A stretch of 63,998 nucleotides of DNA, the filler included, from Jimgerdemannia flammicorona (Eukaryota), in assembly GCA_003990765.1 (NCBI GenBank). It is 3 parts of 3 records of this genome, joined end to end, with 100 filler letters (N's around TTAATTAATTAA, not from the genome) between each part and the next. Parts side by side here need not be neighbours in the genome. Positions count along the whole stretch, not along the records: positions 21,450 to 42,794 come from RBNJ01001475.1; 2 more parts are not named here. One strand, written 5' to 3'. Positions 23,684-36,845 of this stretch are shown piece by piece. The notes under the pieces are model-generated. The model was not told the DNA's origin and ran no database searches. It saw nothing but the letters and a program-made list of their open reading frames with translations. Within the stretch, counting starts at the first letter, position 1. Every line of letters starts with the position of its first letter. A program made the translations under genes and the position numbers.

Positions 23684-26600
23684 ATGGATATGAGACCACC
23701 AGTATTCCATAGATATACCTCAGACAAATCAATCATGACCTTCATTGATGATTTCGAACAGTATGCCACTGTAAGAACCCTGACAGCAGTACAGCAAGTA
23801 GCCCTCATGCCCTTCAGCCTATGAGGTTCTACCAGAGCAGTATTTACAGCCGCAACCTATACAGGAAATGATACCAATGCTATACTGACAGCACAGAAGA
23901 CCTGGCTCCGTAATACATATTATACAGATGAGATCAAGCAAGCCCTGAAGGATCAGCTCAATACAACATGCCAAGAAATGAGTGAGGATCCAAACACATT
24001 CTATATTAGAATTCGATATCAGATAATCCTTGCAGATTATGCTACTACTATCCAAGATCAAGTAGCCAAAGTAACCTTTATGAAAGGAGTCCATTTGGAA
24101 ATAGCCATGGCTATCTGCTCATCACCAGTGATTCTGGATTTGCCACAGAAGGTCACCTATACTCAGCGATACTGGATAGCTAGACATCCACAAGACCATA
24201 CAATGGAAAGGGTCACGGGAGTCAAAATTGAAGCACCCAAGGCAACCAGTGTGATCCCTACCACAATGATCAATCGAAACACACCTCAGCCAAAAGCTAC
24301 AGAGCAGCAAAAGAACAGTGACCCTATGGAGGAACTCACCAAAAGGTTTGCTGAAATGACTGCCCACCTGAGAGATGTGGTAAAAGAAATCTGAGAAAGA
24401 GATTGCTGCCCTATTCAGAAGTTTGCCACCACCTCAGACAAGAAGAAAGGTACCTGCTACAGCTGCAGAGAAGAAGGCCACTACTCCTATGAATACATGA
24501 GCAAAACCAAGTGCAAGGCTCAACCAAGCAATGCCACATGAAACAAGGAGCAGGCCAATATAATCACCTTTGAAGAAATTAGAGAATCTGATGAAGAGAA
24601 ATGGGAGGCCTATCCTGCTCAGACCACTAAGAAGGATGGTCACAAAGAACCCTACAAGAGACTGCTAGGAAGACCCAAGAAGAACCCAGTGGAAAAGCAG
24701 ATGGAAACTGTCACAGAAAGCCAAGCTGAAGAGATGGACCAAGATACAGAGCTGGAGCAAGCAGTTCAAGATATCATCTGAGGAACCACTCCAGCCAGTG
24801 AAGGAGAAAAAGAAAAGAAGCTTCACAAGACCAAGACCTTCAAGTTAGATATCTTCAAGGACCTCAGTCAATAAAAGGTCAATGCAACCTTTGGTCAGCT
24901 CATAGAAATCCCAACATTCAGACAGCAAATGAGGTTTGGACTTACCGAAACAACTAAGGAATAAGGATGGAAAATAACTGAGGCCAATAATGCTCAAGAG
25001 GACTTAGGAGAAAAAAGTGAGGACAATTGCAAAACCTCTGCATATGCAACATGCCAAATCGAAGATAGAATCTTTGAAGCCATCATCGATACAGGAGCAG
25101 GAGGGTGTCTCCTCAGTAAGAAGGCAGCAGACCACCTAGATTGGGATGTGGAAGAAGCAACTAAGCTGGTATTCATCACAGCTGATGGCACAAGAGCCAC
25201 ACCTCTGGGAAAGATCTGAGATGTTCCCATTAAGATTGGAGGAGCAACTATCCCAGTAGATGTAATTGTAACCAACGCCACCAACTATGACATCCTCATT
25301 GGCAATCAATGGCTTCACAAAGCCAAGGAAGTAATTGATCTCAATGCTCAGAAGATGCAGATCACCTACCGGGAACAGAAGATACAAATTCCCATCACTG
25401 TCAACAAAGGAGTCCTGCCTGATATGGAGGAAGAAGAGAGTGAGTAAGAGGAAGCTTATATGGTGACTACTCCAAAGAAGAAGAAAGTTGGATGGATAAG
25501 TGAAGAAGAATGGTACAAGAAGATGGCAGAAGGCTATGCACTACAAGGAGTCTGTTCTCATGGGATCAAGATATACTGTATGGAGCATGTCAATGATTGC
25601 TACCAGTGTACTATTGGAATCAGGAAGATCCACCAGGAAAGAAGGCAGAAAGCTCTTGAAAAACAGATCAGGAAAGAAGAGAAGGAGGAAGATAATGAAC
25701 CACCAGCTCTCCTGGAGGACAGTGATAATGAAGAAGAAATCAAGGTCAAGATTCGAAAGATCCACCCTGATGCAGTCTTGCCAGAATACAAGTCAGAAAA
25801 TGTAGCTGGAATGGACATCGCTACAGTAGAAGAGACTGTACTGGAACCCCAGACAACTACCCTACTCACAACTGGACTGGAGATGACCATCCCAAAGGAT
25901 CATGTTGGGATTCTCAAGACAAGAAGTAGCCTGGCTAGAAGTGAAATCACAATCAAAGGAGAAGTCATCAATTCAGACTATACTGGAGAAATTCTACTCA
26001 TTGCTAGGAATCACAATCCTACAATCCCATTTCCAGTCAAGAAGAAGGACCAATTGGCACAAATGTTGATCTTTCCAATTCTACAACCAAAGATCATAGA
26101 AGTTAAGAAGCTGGAGGAAATAAAAAGAGAAAAGAAAGGATTTGGATCCACAGGAAGAGGAGTATTTGCCAGCACCAAGATCACCGAACTCGAGCATAAG
26201 AAGGAGGAAAACACAAGCAAGCACAGCTACACCATCGGAAAGGAATTCCCACTCAAGAAAGAACTCAAGAAAATACTCCACAAATTCAAAGATATTCTTG
26301 TCATAGATTTCAAGAATATCAAAGGAAAGACCCCACACTACTATTATGAAGTAGATACTGGAAATACTGAACTAATTTATCAGAAGGCAAGATCTGTCCT
26401 GCCAGCCTACCAAGAATGGCTCAGAGAAGAAATCAAGCAGATGGAAGAAGCTGGTATCATTAAAGAAGCCAGCAGCCCCTGGTCCTCACCTGTTGTACTA
26501 GCCCCAAAAAAGGGCAGCAAGTCTGGAGAATTTGCCCCAAGACTCTGTATTGACTACAGAAAGCTCAACATGGTTACCAAAAAGGATCGCCAACCACTGC

Positions 26601-27676
26601 CCCTCATCAATGACATCCTCATAATACTGGGAGACGAAGCACAGTACTACAGCACTTTGGACTTATACTCAGGATTCCACCAAATCGGACTCACAGACAT
26701 GACAAGTGAAAAGTCAGCTTTCATCACCCCAGATGGAACTTACGTCTACCTACAAATGCTATTTGGAATGTGCAATGCACCAGCAAGTTTTCAGTAAATG
26801 ATAAACAAAATCTTCTGCTATGATATGGGAAGATGGATGATGGTCTATGTTGATGATGTAATCATCTACAGCCAGACACCAGAAGAATACCTATAGCACA
26901 TCCGGTAGATAATGGAAAGACTGAGAGAGCATGGCCTATACATCAAGCCCAAGAAATGCAAATTCGCAGAAATTGAGATCTCCTATCTTGGCCACATTAT
27001 CAACCGAGATAGAACACATACAGACCCCCTCAAGATACAAGCAGTGGCAGCATACCTAAGACCCACCACTGTTACAGAAGTCCAAACCTTCATGGGACTT
27101 GCCTCCTACTATTGCAGATTTATTAGAGGATTTTCTAATATTGCAGGACCAATCTACGAACTTAACAAGAAGGATATCAAGTTCCAGTGGACTGGCAGAC
27201 AACAAAAAGCATTCGATGAACTCAAGGTCAGACTGACCCAGGCACCCATCCTCAGAAGACCTGACTGGACTCAAGAATTCATCCTATAGACTGATGCAAG
27301 TGTACAAGGACTAGGAGCAGTCCTAGCTCAAAAGAAAGATAAAGTGGAGTATGTCATTGCATACCTCAGCTGTGGAACTTGAGGAGCTGAAAAAGAATAT
27401 GAATCCTACAAGTTGGAATGCCTCACAGTCATCTGAGCCATAGAAAAGTTCCACTACTACTTGGCTGAGAAACACTTCACTATTCAAACAGACCACTCAG
27501 CTCTCACCTGGCTACTGACAACTGGACAACCCAAAGAAATCTATGTCAGATGGATAATAAAGTTGCAAGCTTATGATGTAACCATTGTACACTGCTCAGG
27601 AAGAACAAATTCCAATGCAGATGCCCTCTCATGGATACCCTGAACTACCTCCAACCAACAAATCAATCATGAATAA
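23684..27676 (+). pseudogene. C gag-PR-dUTPase-RT-RNaseH, single frame
   Basis: CYSCREEGH knuckle, IIDTGA, dUTPase at ~25740-26160, LCIDYRKLN, VYVDDV, *TDAS and NADALS, all in one frame with transition stops. Confidence 0.92.
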
Positions 27677-28861
27677 GGAGCTCTACTATAGAATTATCAC
27701 ATACCTGGAACAGCGAAAGATGCCCCAACATCTGGAAGAATGGATACAAACAATTATCAACAGAACATGGAAACAATTCAAAACTGATGGAGAAATACTG
27801 AAGAAAGGAAAACTACTAGTCATACCAGAACACAAGAAGAAGCAAGTGATGAAATCAGTATATGAACTTGGCCATCTAGGAGGAATGAATACATATGACA
27901 AGGCAAGAAGAACAATATGGTGGCCAGGGATGGAGGAAGATATCAGATAATTTATCAAGACCTACAACAAATGCCAGAAACAGAAACAAGACCAACAAAA
28001 TCAAGCTCCAGGATCAGTACACATAGAACCAGTACCATTTGCCCACATTGCAATGGATGTAATCAGCCCTCTACCCTTGACTTTGACTGGCAACTGATAC
28101 ATCATCATCATTATAGACCTTTTTACAAAATGGATAGAAGCAGGACCCCTTATAGAAGCCAATACACAGTCAATTGCCGATTTCTTCCACAAAGAAATCA
28201 TCTGCCAGTTCAAGACCCCAAAACAAGTAACTATAGATAGAGGAACAGAATTTGTGAACTAGTTCTTCGAAGTTCTCTACAAGAAGTACAAGATCCAGCA
28301 TATTTGGACCACAGCATATTACCCTCAAGGAAACGGACAAGTAGAAAGGACCAACAAAACCCTCAAGAACATTATTGCCAAGATCTGTAATAACTATGAG
28401 AACTAGGATCACTATCTGCCAATAGCATTATCTGCTCTCCAGGATATCCAATCACAAGTACCCACTTTACCCCTCGAGAAATGCTGTTTGGAGAAGAATG
28501 TTCCCAGAAAACTCTATTATCTAATGGAGATACTGTATGGAAACATGTGGACATGAAAATACAGAAACTACACCAAATCAGGAAGAAGGCTGAGGATTAT
28601 ATAACTAAGACACAGACACTACAATGGAGGAATGTGGAAAAGACCCACAAATCCTTGGAGATTATCAAGATAAGAGACAAAGTCCTAGTGTATCAGAATA
28701 TGGTAGAAGCTTCATGGTCACGAAAACTGGAGCCCAAGTGGGAAGGACCTTACCTGGTGCAAGATATAAAAGAGATCACCTTTTGGCTACAAAAACCCTT
28801 AGGCACAATAATCCCCACCACCATTCACCGAAACCGACTCAAGAAATATCATGGCCAGTAA
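27669..28861 (+). pseudogene. C integrase, in the +1 frame with its own ATG
   Basis: MNKELYY, HHCC remnants (GHLG..KCQK), IAMDV, IDRGTEF, GQVERTN, KLEPKWEGPY. One 1-nt deletion near 28455. Confidence 0.88.
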
Positions 28862-29312
28862 CAAAAATACTGTGATGGTACTTAAGATCACTAGTACTGC
28901 CCAAAGAGCCATCGAGAGACAATGGTACACCACTGAGCCTCTGACCATAGAGGAGTCTTATGATAGTATCCAAAGTATTATGCAGACTCATCTCTCTCGA
29001 ATCTCACACTTCAAGGCCTATCAGCATCGAAATGAATTTCAAGAGTTCTTCAAACTTGGCCAAGTACTCAATCAAGACCCAGAAATGACCAAAGAAAATT
29101 GGATTGCAGAATGCCAGCTCTCCTATTCCCAGATCACCATTGCTAAGAGAATCTATAAGCTATTTTGAGAGGATGAATCAGCACTAGCCCATCTGTAAGG
29201 AGTAACCCCCTCAGACTTTGACCAAATTAGGCGATATCATTGGGAAACAGTAATGCAACAAATTGCACAGTACAAGACCATACAGACCATTGAAGCTTGG
29301 GAGTTTGAATAG
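28851..29312 (+). pseudogene. C accessory ORF (~153 aa) overlapping the integrase stop
   Basis: ATG at 28851. Reads FFKLGQVL..IAKRIYKLF*EDESALAHL*GVTPSDF..EFE*, with two transition-type stops. Confidence 0.75.
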
Positions 29313-29349
29313 ATGCTTCAGAGATGAGATCATCTATTCAGAAGGAAGT

Positions 29350-29817
29350 TATGATGGTATAGCCAGATTTGGAAGAAGGAAATAGGGAATAGATACTTGA
29401 TCACACCCAGTCCCAAAGTAGTATAGCCACATAGTTAGCAGTCCTCGATTCCACCATTTGCTAAATATTTCGCAAAGTGCGAGATCGAGCTTCTCGATTT
29501 AGTATAGTATTTTGCAACTGGAAAAATATTTCGTAAAGTGTTAAATGACTCATAACTTAGCCACATAACCCAGTAATCATCTTATAGCTAGTAAACTTAT
29601 ATAAATAACCCAGTATCTTCGAGTGAATAAACCTCAGATCGAAATAGTTCAAAGCAAAAGAGATAGCAAAGGAACTAGTAAGCCTGTGGACAGATATACT
29701 TCGAACTCACCCACCCTCCCCTGCAACTTCAAGAGACTCTGCGAGAGTCAGAACAGTCAAGTTTTCAAGATACAGAAATCTGACATACTTTCAAGAGTAA
29801 GCATTCACTATGTTACA
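29350..29817 (+). repeat. 3' LTR of C
   Basis: Follows the PPT. TG>TA at the start; ends GTTACA. Confidence 0.95.
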
Positions 29818-31396
29818 ATATATAGTTTTATTACAATTTGATAGTAGTAGAAGTTACTTCTTACTTATAAGTAATCTTTATTTAAGAATCTACTATAGAT
29901 AATCAGAATTAGTCAATATATATTATCAATATTGTTAATAATAGTTAAGAAGTTCTTTACTCTAAATACTCCTCAGACTTAAGCCAAAGAATCTAATAGA
30001 ATTATTACTAAGTAAACCAAACCCCATACTAGCCAAAAGGAGTTTGATAAACTCAATAATGAAACTATTTAAGAAGTATTCAACACCTTTCTCATACTCA
30101 ATAAAGAAGTCTCCTATACTACTAAACTTAAGTAGAAATTCAACAAGTTAATCAGTAGCTACTTTTATAAGAAATGTATATAAAAATCTATTGAGGCTAT
30201 AAGTGAATATTTTCTGAATCTTCTCTCTAATGATTACTACTACAAAGTCAAGACCTTTCTAAAATATAAGAGATACTATACTTATCAAAAAGAAATTCTA
30301 CTTTTATTATTGAATTCTTTATACATAAGTAAGAATAATCTAGTAATAAGAACTATAAGCTACTAGATATAGTAAGACCTCTACCATATTATCTAGACCT
30401 AGGAGAATAATTGAAGAGACATCTGAACCTAATATTGGTAGTTCTAATACTATTATAGAACTATTACTAAGAACTTCAAGCTTACTAAAAATTACAGCAG
30501 ATCTAATAGTTATCTCATCAAGACTACTAATCTATAAGCTCACCCATCTTAGTAATATTATAGAAGAGTCAACTCTAAATCACAATTGATACACTATAAT
30601 AATAGAAGAAGAATCCTAACTATCTTACTAAATAGGCAATAACAAGATAGCAGTATTGGCTGACTAAGTAGCTATACTTATACAAGCTCTTTACTTTAGT
30701 ATTGAAATAAACAAACTCATAAAAGGTCTCTACCTTATACTATTTGAAGATAAAGTAGACTAAGTAATAATATTTATAGGATAAGTTGATATTAATTATC
30801 ATACTAATGATAGATTGACAATTAGAATCCAGAGAGTACTCTTAACAATAATATACTATGAAATTGAAGATCTCTATATAACTACAGACTCATAAGTAGA
30901 GAAAGTTGTCACTCATTTTATAGATATGTATAACTACTCAGTAGTAGTATAATATATTACTATATCCTCTTATCTAATTAAGATTAATATTTCTTAGCTC
31001 TTTTTTATATTTTAATCTTATTTAGAGATATTTATTTATAAGATATAATTAAAAATTAAAATAAAGATATTTTAGTTAAAAATATATAGTATAATATACT
31101 AGCTCAATAGAAGTAAATTATAAGATTAGAGATACTATATAGATTAGCTTGAGCTCTCAGTTACTTTGTCAAAAATAATAAAATGTTTAATAGTTTTTAG
31201 TATCTTTATTAGTATTTAGTAATATAAAGACAACACTGAATTCTTAAGTGAGTTCTCTTGTTTATATAATGAATAATTTTGGCAATTTCCTAATTAAGAT
31301 AGTTCTTAAGTATAGTAGTAATTTGGGTAATATAAATGATTTATCTATATAGTATGAGTAGTTTTCTTATATAATTTCTATATAATAATCTCTATG

Positions 31397-32072
31397 TATA
31401 AGAGAGTTACTTGTTAGAGTAACTATTATGTAGTTCTAGAAGGGTTTTCTGGAAGTTCTGGATATTCTAAAAGACTGTTTTCTTAAGGTTAAGATCAATT
31501 TTATATAGAGTATGTCTTCTATGCCTATTGATTTTATAATTGGGTTAATGTCTCAACCAAAGTTCTTTTTTCAGACTAGTTCTAAATATTTAGAATTTTC
31601 CATATTTCAGAAAGTTCAAATAACTAATACCAGCTTAGTTGAATTGGTATATTACTGTAAACAATATCTAATTAGAAAATTTTATGACAGGGTTAGGAGT
31701 GAGACCTAACAAAGATTAGATTTACTTAAGAGTAATTTATGGGTTATTAAATAGATTTATTTGCTATTTATGTTATTACTATACTAGAAGTAGTTATATG
31801 AAGGGATATTGTGGGAAAGTGTTCAGAAATGTTTGAGTCTGTTCAAGTCTGAGATTCTAAGATCTGGGGGAGGGGGTATTTATACTAGTGAGGGGCTATT
31901 TGGACTATACTAAATATAGATATAGCACTTAGTATCTTGCTAAGTCAGAATATAGTCATATTATATAAGACTAATCTAACTATACTATGACTGCTAAGCT
32001 ATTTATAGATTTAGACACTATCTGGGTAGTCTTCAATGATATCACCATTGATGACATCATCTCTGATAAAGT
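31397..32072 (-). repeat. Decayed LTR-A fragment (3' third)
   Basis: Matches 7647-~8390 with additional transitions and a ~60-bp deletion. Confidence 0.88.
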
Positions 32073-32394
32073 CTGAGCAGTTTTCTAACTTCTGATATCA
32101 TTAGTTTCAAAGGTATCATCATCTCTATCTCTTGTAAAATTAAGACTATTCTTGGTGACAGTAGTTGTATAAGGATAACAGATCTTAGTTCTCTTTTTTT
32201 TTTAACTGCTGGTATATTTGTGAGGACTGACCATCCTTGTTTAGGGTGAGGGCTCCCAATATCATAGCTAGAGGTTTAAACCTCTCAGAAATGATATTTT
32301 CTATAATCTGAGACAATTTTTAGTAGTAATATCTGTCATATAGATGGGCTTGAGATTGGTTTTGATAATGTCAGCTTTCTTGAGTTCAGATGAA

Positions 32395-32398
<4 letters not shown>

Positions 32399-32465
<67 letters not shown>

Positions 32466-34185
32466 GTTACTTGGACTTCTTTCTTTATTAATATATCTGT
32501 CTATCTTCTAAATAATATACAGTGCCCAATTCTATCCAATCTTCCTAGGGGGGCCCCCCTTCCCTACTCTTACTTAATAAAAGACTACTTTGTCTAATAC
32601 TATCTCCACCCACCTACTACTCTGCTCACAGATCCCTTCTACCAGATAGCAATGTTGCCCACCCTGGGGACCCCAACCCACCCACAACCCAGTCAGCAGA
32701 TCCCCCATCAATCTCTTCCACCTTAACAACTTCTCTTGTAAATCCATCTACCACTCCTTCTTGAAAACAAAGAGCCAATGTCCAGCCAGTCCTACTCATA
32801 CTGCTAAAATCCACCCTACAGTGAGCCAACTATTGCCTATCCCACTCACTAGCTGAGATTTCAAATCCTCCCAGCAATCTCTCTCTCTATCCAGTCTTCT
32901 CTCCACATTCAGCCTATTTCCTACTGCTATCCAAAAATCTCCCAGGACCTCACACTCTCCTAGCCAATGTTCAGGCATCTGTACAAATCTCCCGATCTGC
33001 TCCACATTATAACACTCCTCACAATCCAATCAGCCATCTTCCACCAGATGTCCAGCATGGAAATTCAACATAATATTCCTCTGCAGCATCCACCACTATA
33101 CCACTCAGAACTTGGAAGGAAGCCACCTCTGTACCTCAGCACACTATGACCAGACATCTGCTCAGTCCCACTCCTCACCAATCCTTGCTACCTGCCAGCC
33201 ACTTGGCCAAAGATCCTGGCCAAGACCCTGCTGACACTCCACTCTATCCCCAAAATCAAACTCAGCAAGCAGAGCATCCCCCAGAAGTAGTCTGTCCCAT
33301 TGCCATATAGCTGGACCCCACAGCATCTCTCTCTTATTACCTCACCAGCATAGACCTATCTGGTGTGCTCCATCCACCACCCCCCACCAGAAGCCTCTAA
33401 ACCATAGCCTTCAACTTCCATTCAGCTCTACCAGAGAGAGCAAATCTCTCAAGAACCCTTGAGGGGAGGATCTCATCTCTCACACCTTCTGCATCAGTGG
33501 CACCCAATTCCCTCTCTGTAGCTCAACAGCTCTTTTCAACCACCAGGCTCACAGGCAGTGCAACCTCTTAGAGAAATCTATAAGGCCTAGTCCTCCCCTA
33601 GCTACTAGTGTTGCAAGAGTATCCCAACTGATCTGGGACCCCCTCTCTGCCCAAATCCAATCTCTAGCCATTTTTATCAGCCTCTTCATCACCTAAGCTA
33701 AGAAGTCTAAGTGGTAGGCCATATACCATAGCTTGGGGAACCAGTAAACATTCAGAATTGACACCTGCCCTACCAGGGAGATATGGCAATCCCCCCAACC
33801 TCTAAGGGCCTCCTCTCAAACAGTCACCCTCCTCTCTCATCATTCTCATGGTAAGACAGATCCATATACTGAAAGAAAGATGCCCAGATACTATATCACC
33901 TCTCCTGTAGAGATAATTGTTTCAATGATATCTCTATCTACTAGTCTATTCCCTAGCACTATTATCTCACACTTATGCCAGTTGAGCTTTGCCCCAGAGT
34001 ATACCTTATACCATTCCACCATCTCCTTAAGCACCTCAATATCTACTACAGAACCAAGTCCAACTACCATGTCATCAGCAAAAGCCCCCACCTTCCACAC
34101 TATACCATATATAGAGATCTCTGCCACCTTCTAGTAAATCCTATCTATCAAAGGTTCTAATGACAGGATATAGAGAATAAGAGAT
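32399..34185 (-). mobile_element. 5'-truncated L1/Tx1-like LINE (family LINE-1) with poly(A) and TSD
   Basis: Poly-T at 32399-32462. TSD AGATGAAGTAT at 32388-32398 and 34186-34196. RT motif AFADD. Homologous to 58101-59850. Confidence 0.92.
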
Positions 34186-34670
34186 AGATGAAGTATCTAT
34201 CATTTTTTAACAGAGATAATACAGATAGAGCAAATGAGATTATTTAAATATATTTTACTTCTGCTAAGTAATGAGATCTTTGTATAGTTGCAGTGTATTT
34301 TGGTCTTGAGTTGATAAGTATAGTTGATAAATCTTTGGTAGATAAGAGAGATACTTCTCATCTCAGTTTGAGTTTGGTACTTTAGTTTTCTTTTATAATA
34401 GTATAGTATACTAAAACTAGTTATAGAGGTATAGGGTTGGTCTTATGATTATAGTACTTCTTCTGATATTCTTGTATCTTGGTAATAGGTTCTCATACTT
34501 GCTGGCATATTTTGTATAACTAGATAATCTCTTTAGTAACTTATTTTATAGTCTCACATATAGTTTCCAAATTAGTTTTGAGGATAATATGCAATTTTGG
34601 TGGCTTAGAAATTATACACTTATACTATGAGTAGATTTCCTTATATATATAATTTCTATATGATAATTAT

Positions 34671-34747
34671 CTAAATTTAATAATCTTTAGCTTATTAGAT
34701 TCTCTTATATAAGAGAAATCTAATAAACTAAAGATTATTAAATTTGG
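34671..34747. repeat. 77-bp near-perfect palindrome flanked by TTAT
   Basis: The arms differ by two transitions and one indel, with no loop. Confidence 0.8.
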
Positions 34748-36022
34748 TTATATTTTTAATGAGTTATTATATTTCAAAAAATAGAGTTTGAATCAGACTC
34801 TCAATTTAATTTGAATTTAATTTGATTTAAATTAAATCTTAGTAATCTGATATAATATTGTAAATTTTGTAGAATTCTTTAATAAGTAGTAAGTTGGTAA
34901 ATTGGGTAGGATTTCTTAATAAGTAGTAAGTTGATAAATTTGATAGATAATCCAGATAATACAGATTCTTTTAAATTAGTAAATAACTTAAAAATAGTAG
35001 ACTTCTCTTCTTGACTAATAAAGTTATATTAATGACTACTTTATTTATATAAATAGATTCACTATAAAGGTATATCTTATATATATTAGACTAGCTTTAT
35101 GAGATAGACTTCTTTATATCAGAAAGTAGACCAAAGTGAAAATAAGACAAAGTTTATAATTTCTTTATAGTAGCTCATTAGTAGGTATATCTCTTAAGTA
35201 TTATAATTTTTCCTAAATTAAGTGGCTTTTGACAGATATTTCTCCTAAGTATATCAGATAATTAGCTTTTTGCTTTTGAACTTTTTGAACTGAGATTTAT
35301 TCACTCTTATCTCTAGAGATATTTTATATAGTTATAGTTATTATCTAATTTCTATATAGCTAACTATAGAATATATAGTAATACTATTTAGAGAAGAGAA
35401 TGACTAAGTGTATCTACTGAGTATAGATATGTCTAGTGGGCATAGATATATTTAATAAGTATAAATATATCTAATGAGTATAAGTATATTCTTAGAATAT
35501 AGATTAATAAATCTGATTTAGTATCTTTAGCTAATTATAAGTAGTATCATGTAGTGGTCACTGAGTCCTTCAAATATACCAGATTCTCTTCAAGATGTAT
35601 CTCTTAGACTAACTCAAGTTTGTTATAAGTAAGTTCTTATTGAAGCGCCTTTCCAAGGTCTTATAGTCCTCAAACTTCTTATCTTTAACTGTCTTGTTAT
35701 CTCTTAGATTACTTGCAAGGAAGTGTGTGTATTACACTGAGTTGACTGACTTTATTTCAGAGGAAATAAGAGGGGTATTTATACAAAATATAATTCAATA
35801 GTTGCTAAGATATAAAGCTATATATAAATTCCAATAACTAAAACTACTAAGTTTCAGGGTCGGTACTGATAGTTGTATAGGTTCAGGATACTGGCATTAT
35901 TTAGTATCACATCAAAATACTGCTGCTGGAATAATTTTGTGTTACCTCAGAATACCAGTGCTGGCATTATCCAGTGTTACATGAGAATATCAGTGCTGGC
36001 ATTATCCAGTGTTACAAAGAAC

Positions 36023-36845
36023 TTAGAGCAGAAAGTTCAGGACCATGGGGGCTTCATCCTCATCATCATCATCACTGAAGGAGATGAGATCTGTAAATTA
36101 ATCATTTTCATATATTTCGTCACATATCTCACATATGTCAATATCACATGGGATGACATTATCACCAATGATGTCATCATGTTCAGCTATGGTAGGGAAA
36201 TCAGGAACAAGATCTGGAGCTCTCCAGTCTATGAGGTTCTCTTCTACAAAATAGGAAACAAATGTGGGGTCTTGGAGAGGTCTAACCTAGATGCTTGGGC
36301 CTTGGAATACTGAGATCAATTCTTGCAGAAATTGGTCTGGGTTGTTCTGAAGGATAGGGTGCCAGAAGTCTTCTACTTCTTCACTGTTGAGAGTGATAGT
36401 GAACTGGGCTTCTGTAGCCACCCTGACTTCTATGGTGGGATGACAGGTCTCTGAAGTCTGAGACTCTAACATACTCCAAGTTGGGGATCAACCATAGTGC
36501 ATGCCTGAAGATCTGATGGATCTTCTTAGCTGTTCTTGTTTTACGTATATCCATAGGAGTGGCATCTTGTAGCTCTTGGGTGCTGGCCTGTGGGAACTTC
36601 TGGTAGAGGAGGTTTCCTATTTTGTACTCCTGCCACATTTGGAGGCATTCAGTAGCAATGGTAATCCTTGTTTCCATTTCATGGTGGTAGAGAATAAAGT
36701 GATAAGGGTCTATAGTACCTAGGTTGACACTAGGAGTCCTTCTTGAGCAGGTCCCCATGACTCTTCTGATGTCTTGGAACATCTTTTCCTCAACTGAGAT
36801 ACCTTGGTGATTCCTTGACCTTGAGGTTTGGTAGGCAGCAGACAT
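36023..36845 (-). pseudogene. LTR-B-internal accessory ORF, copy 2
   Basis: A 154-aa open stretch, MSAA..QEYKIGNLL..TAKKIHQIF..IPNL, then a small-deletion frameshift and an acidic tail. Confidence 0.75.

Larger units (their letters stand above)
23098..29817 (+). mobile_element. Full-length Ty3/Gypsy family C element (6720 bp) with dUTPase and a 3' accessory ORF
   Basis: LTRs at 23098-23569 and 29350-29817. PBS TGGTGCCCATTGGCTGG at 23573. PPT AGAAGGAAG at 29340-29348. ATAT flanks both ends (4-bp TSD). Confidence 0.95.

Noticed and set aside
27638..27643. CCC-TGA as an antizyme-type +1 frameshift site
   Set aside because: B2 has CCC-CAA here, so the ancestral codon is most parsimoniously CGA and TGA is a decay product.
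28851..29312. 3' ORF as an env gene
   Set aside because: It has no signal peptide, transmembrane segment or furin site, and is short and hydrophilic.
29900..30960. Possible relic ORF in the AT-rich tract
   Set aside because: It is too decayed and no motif could be assigned.
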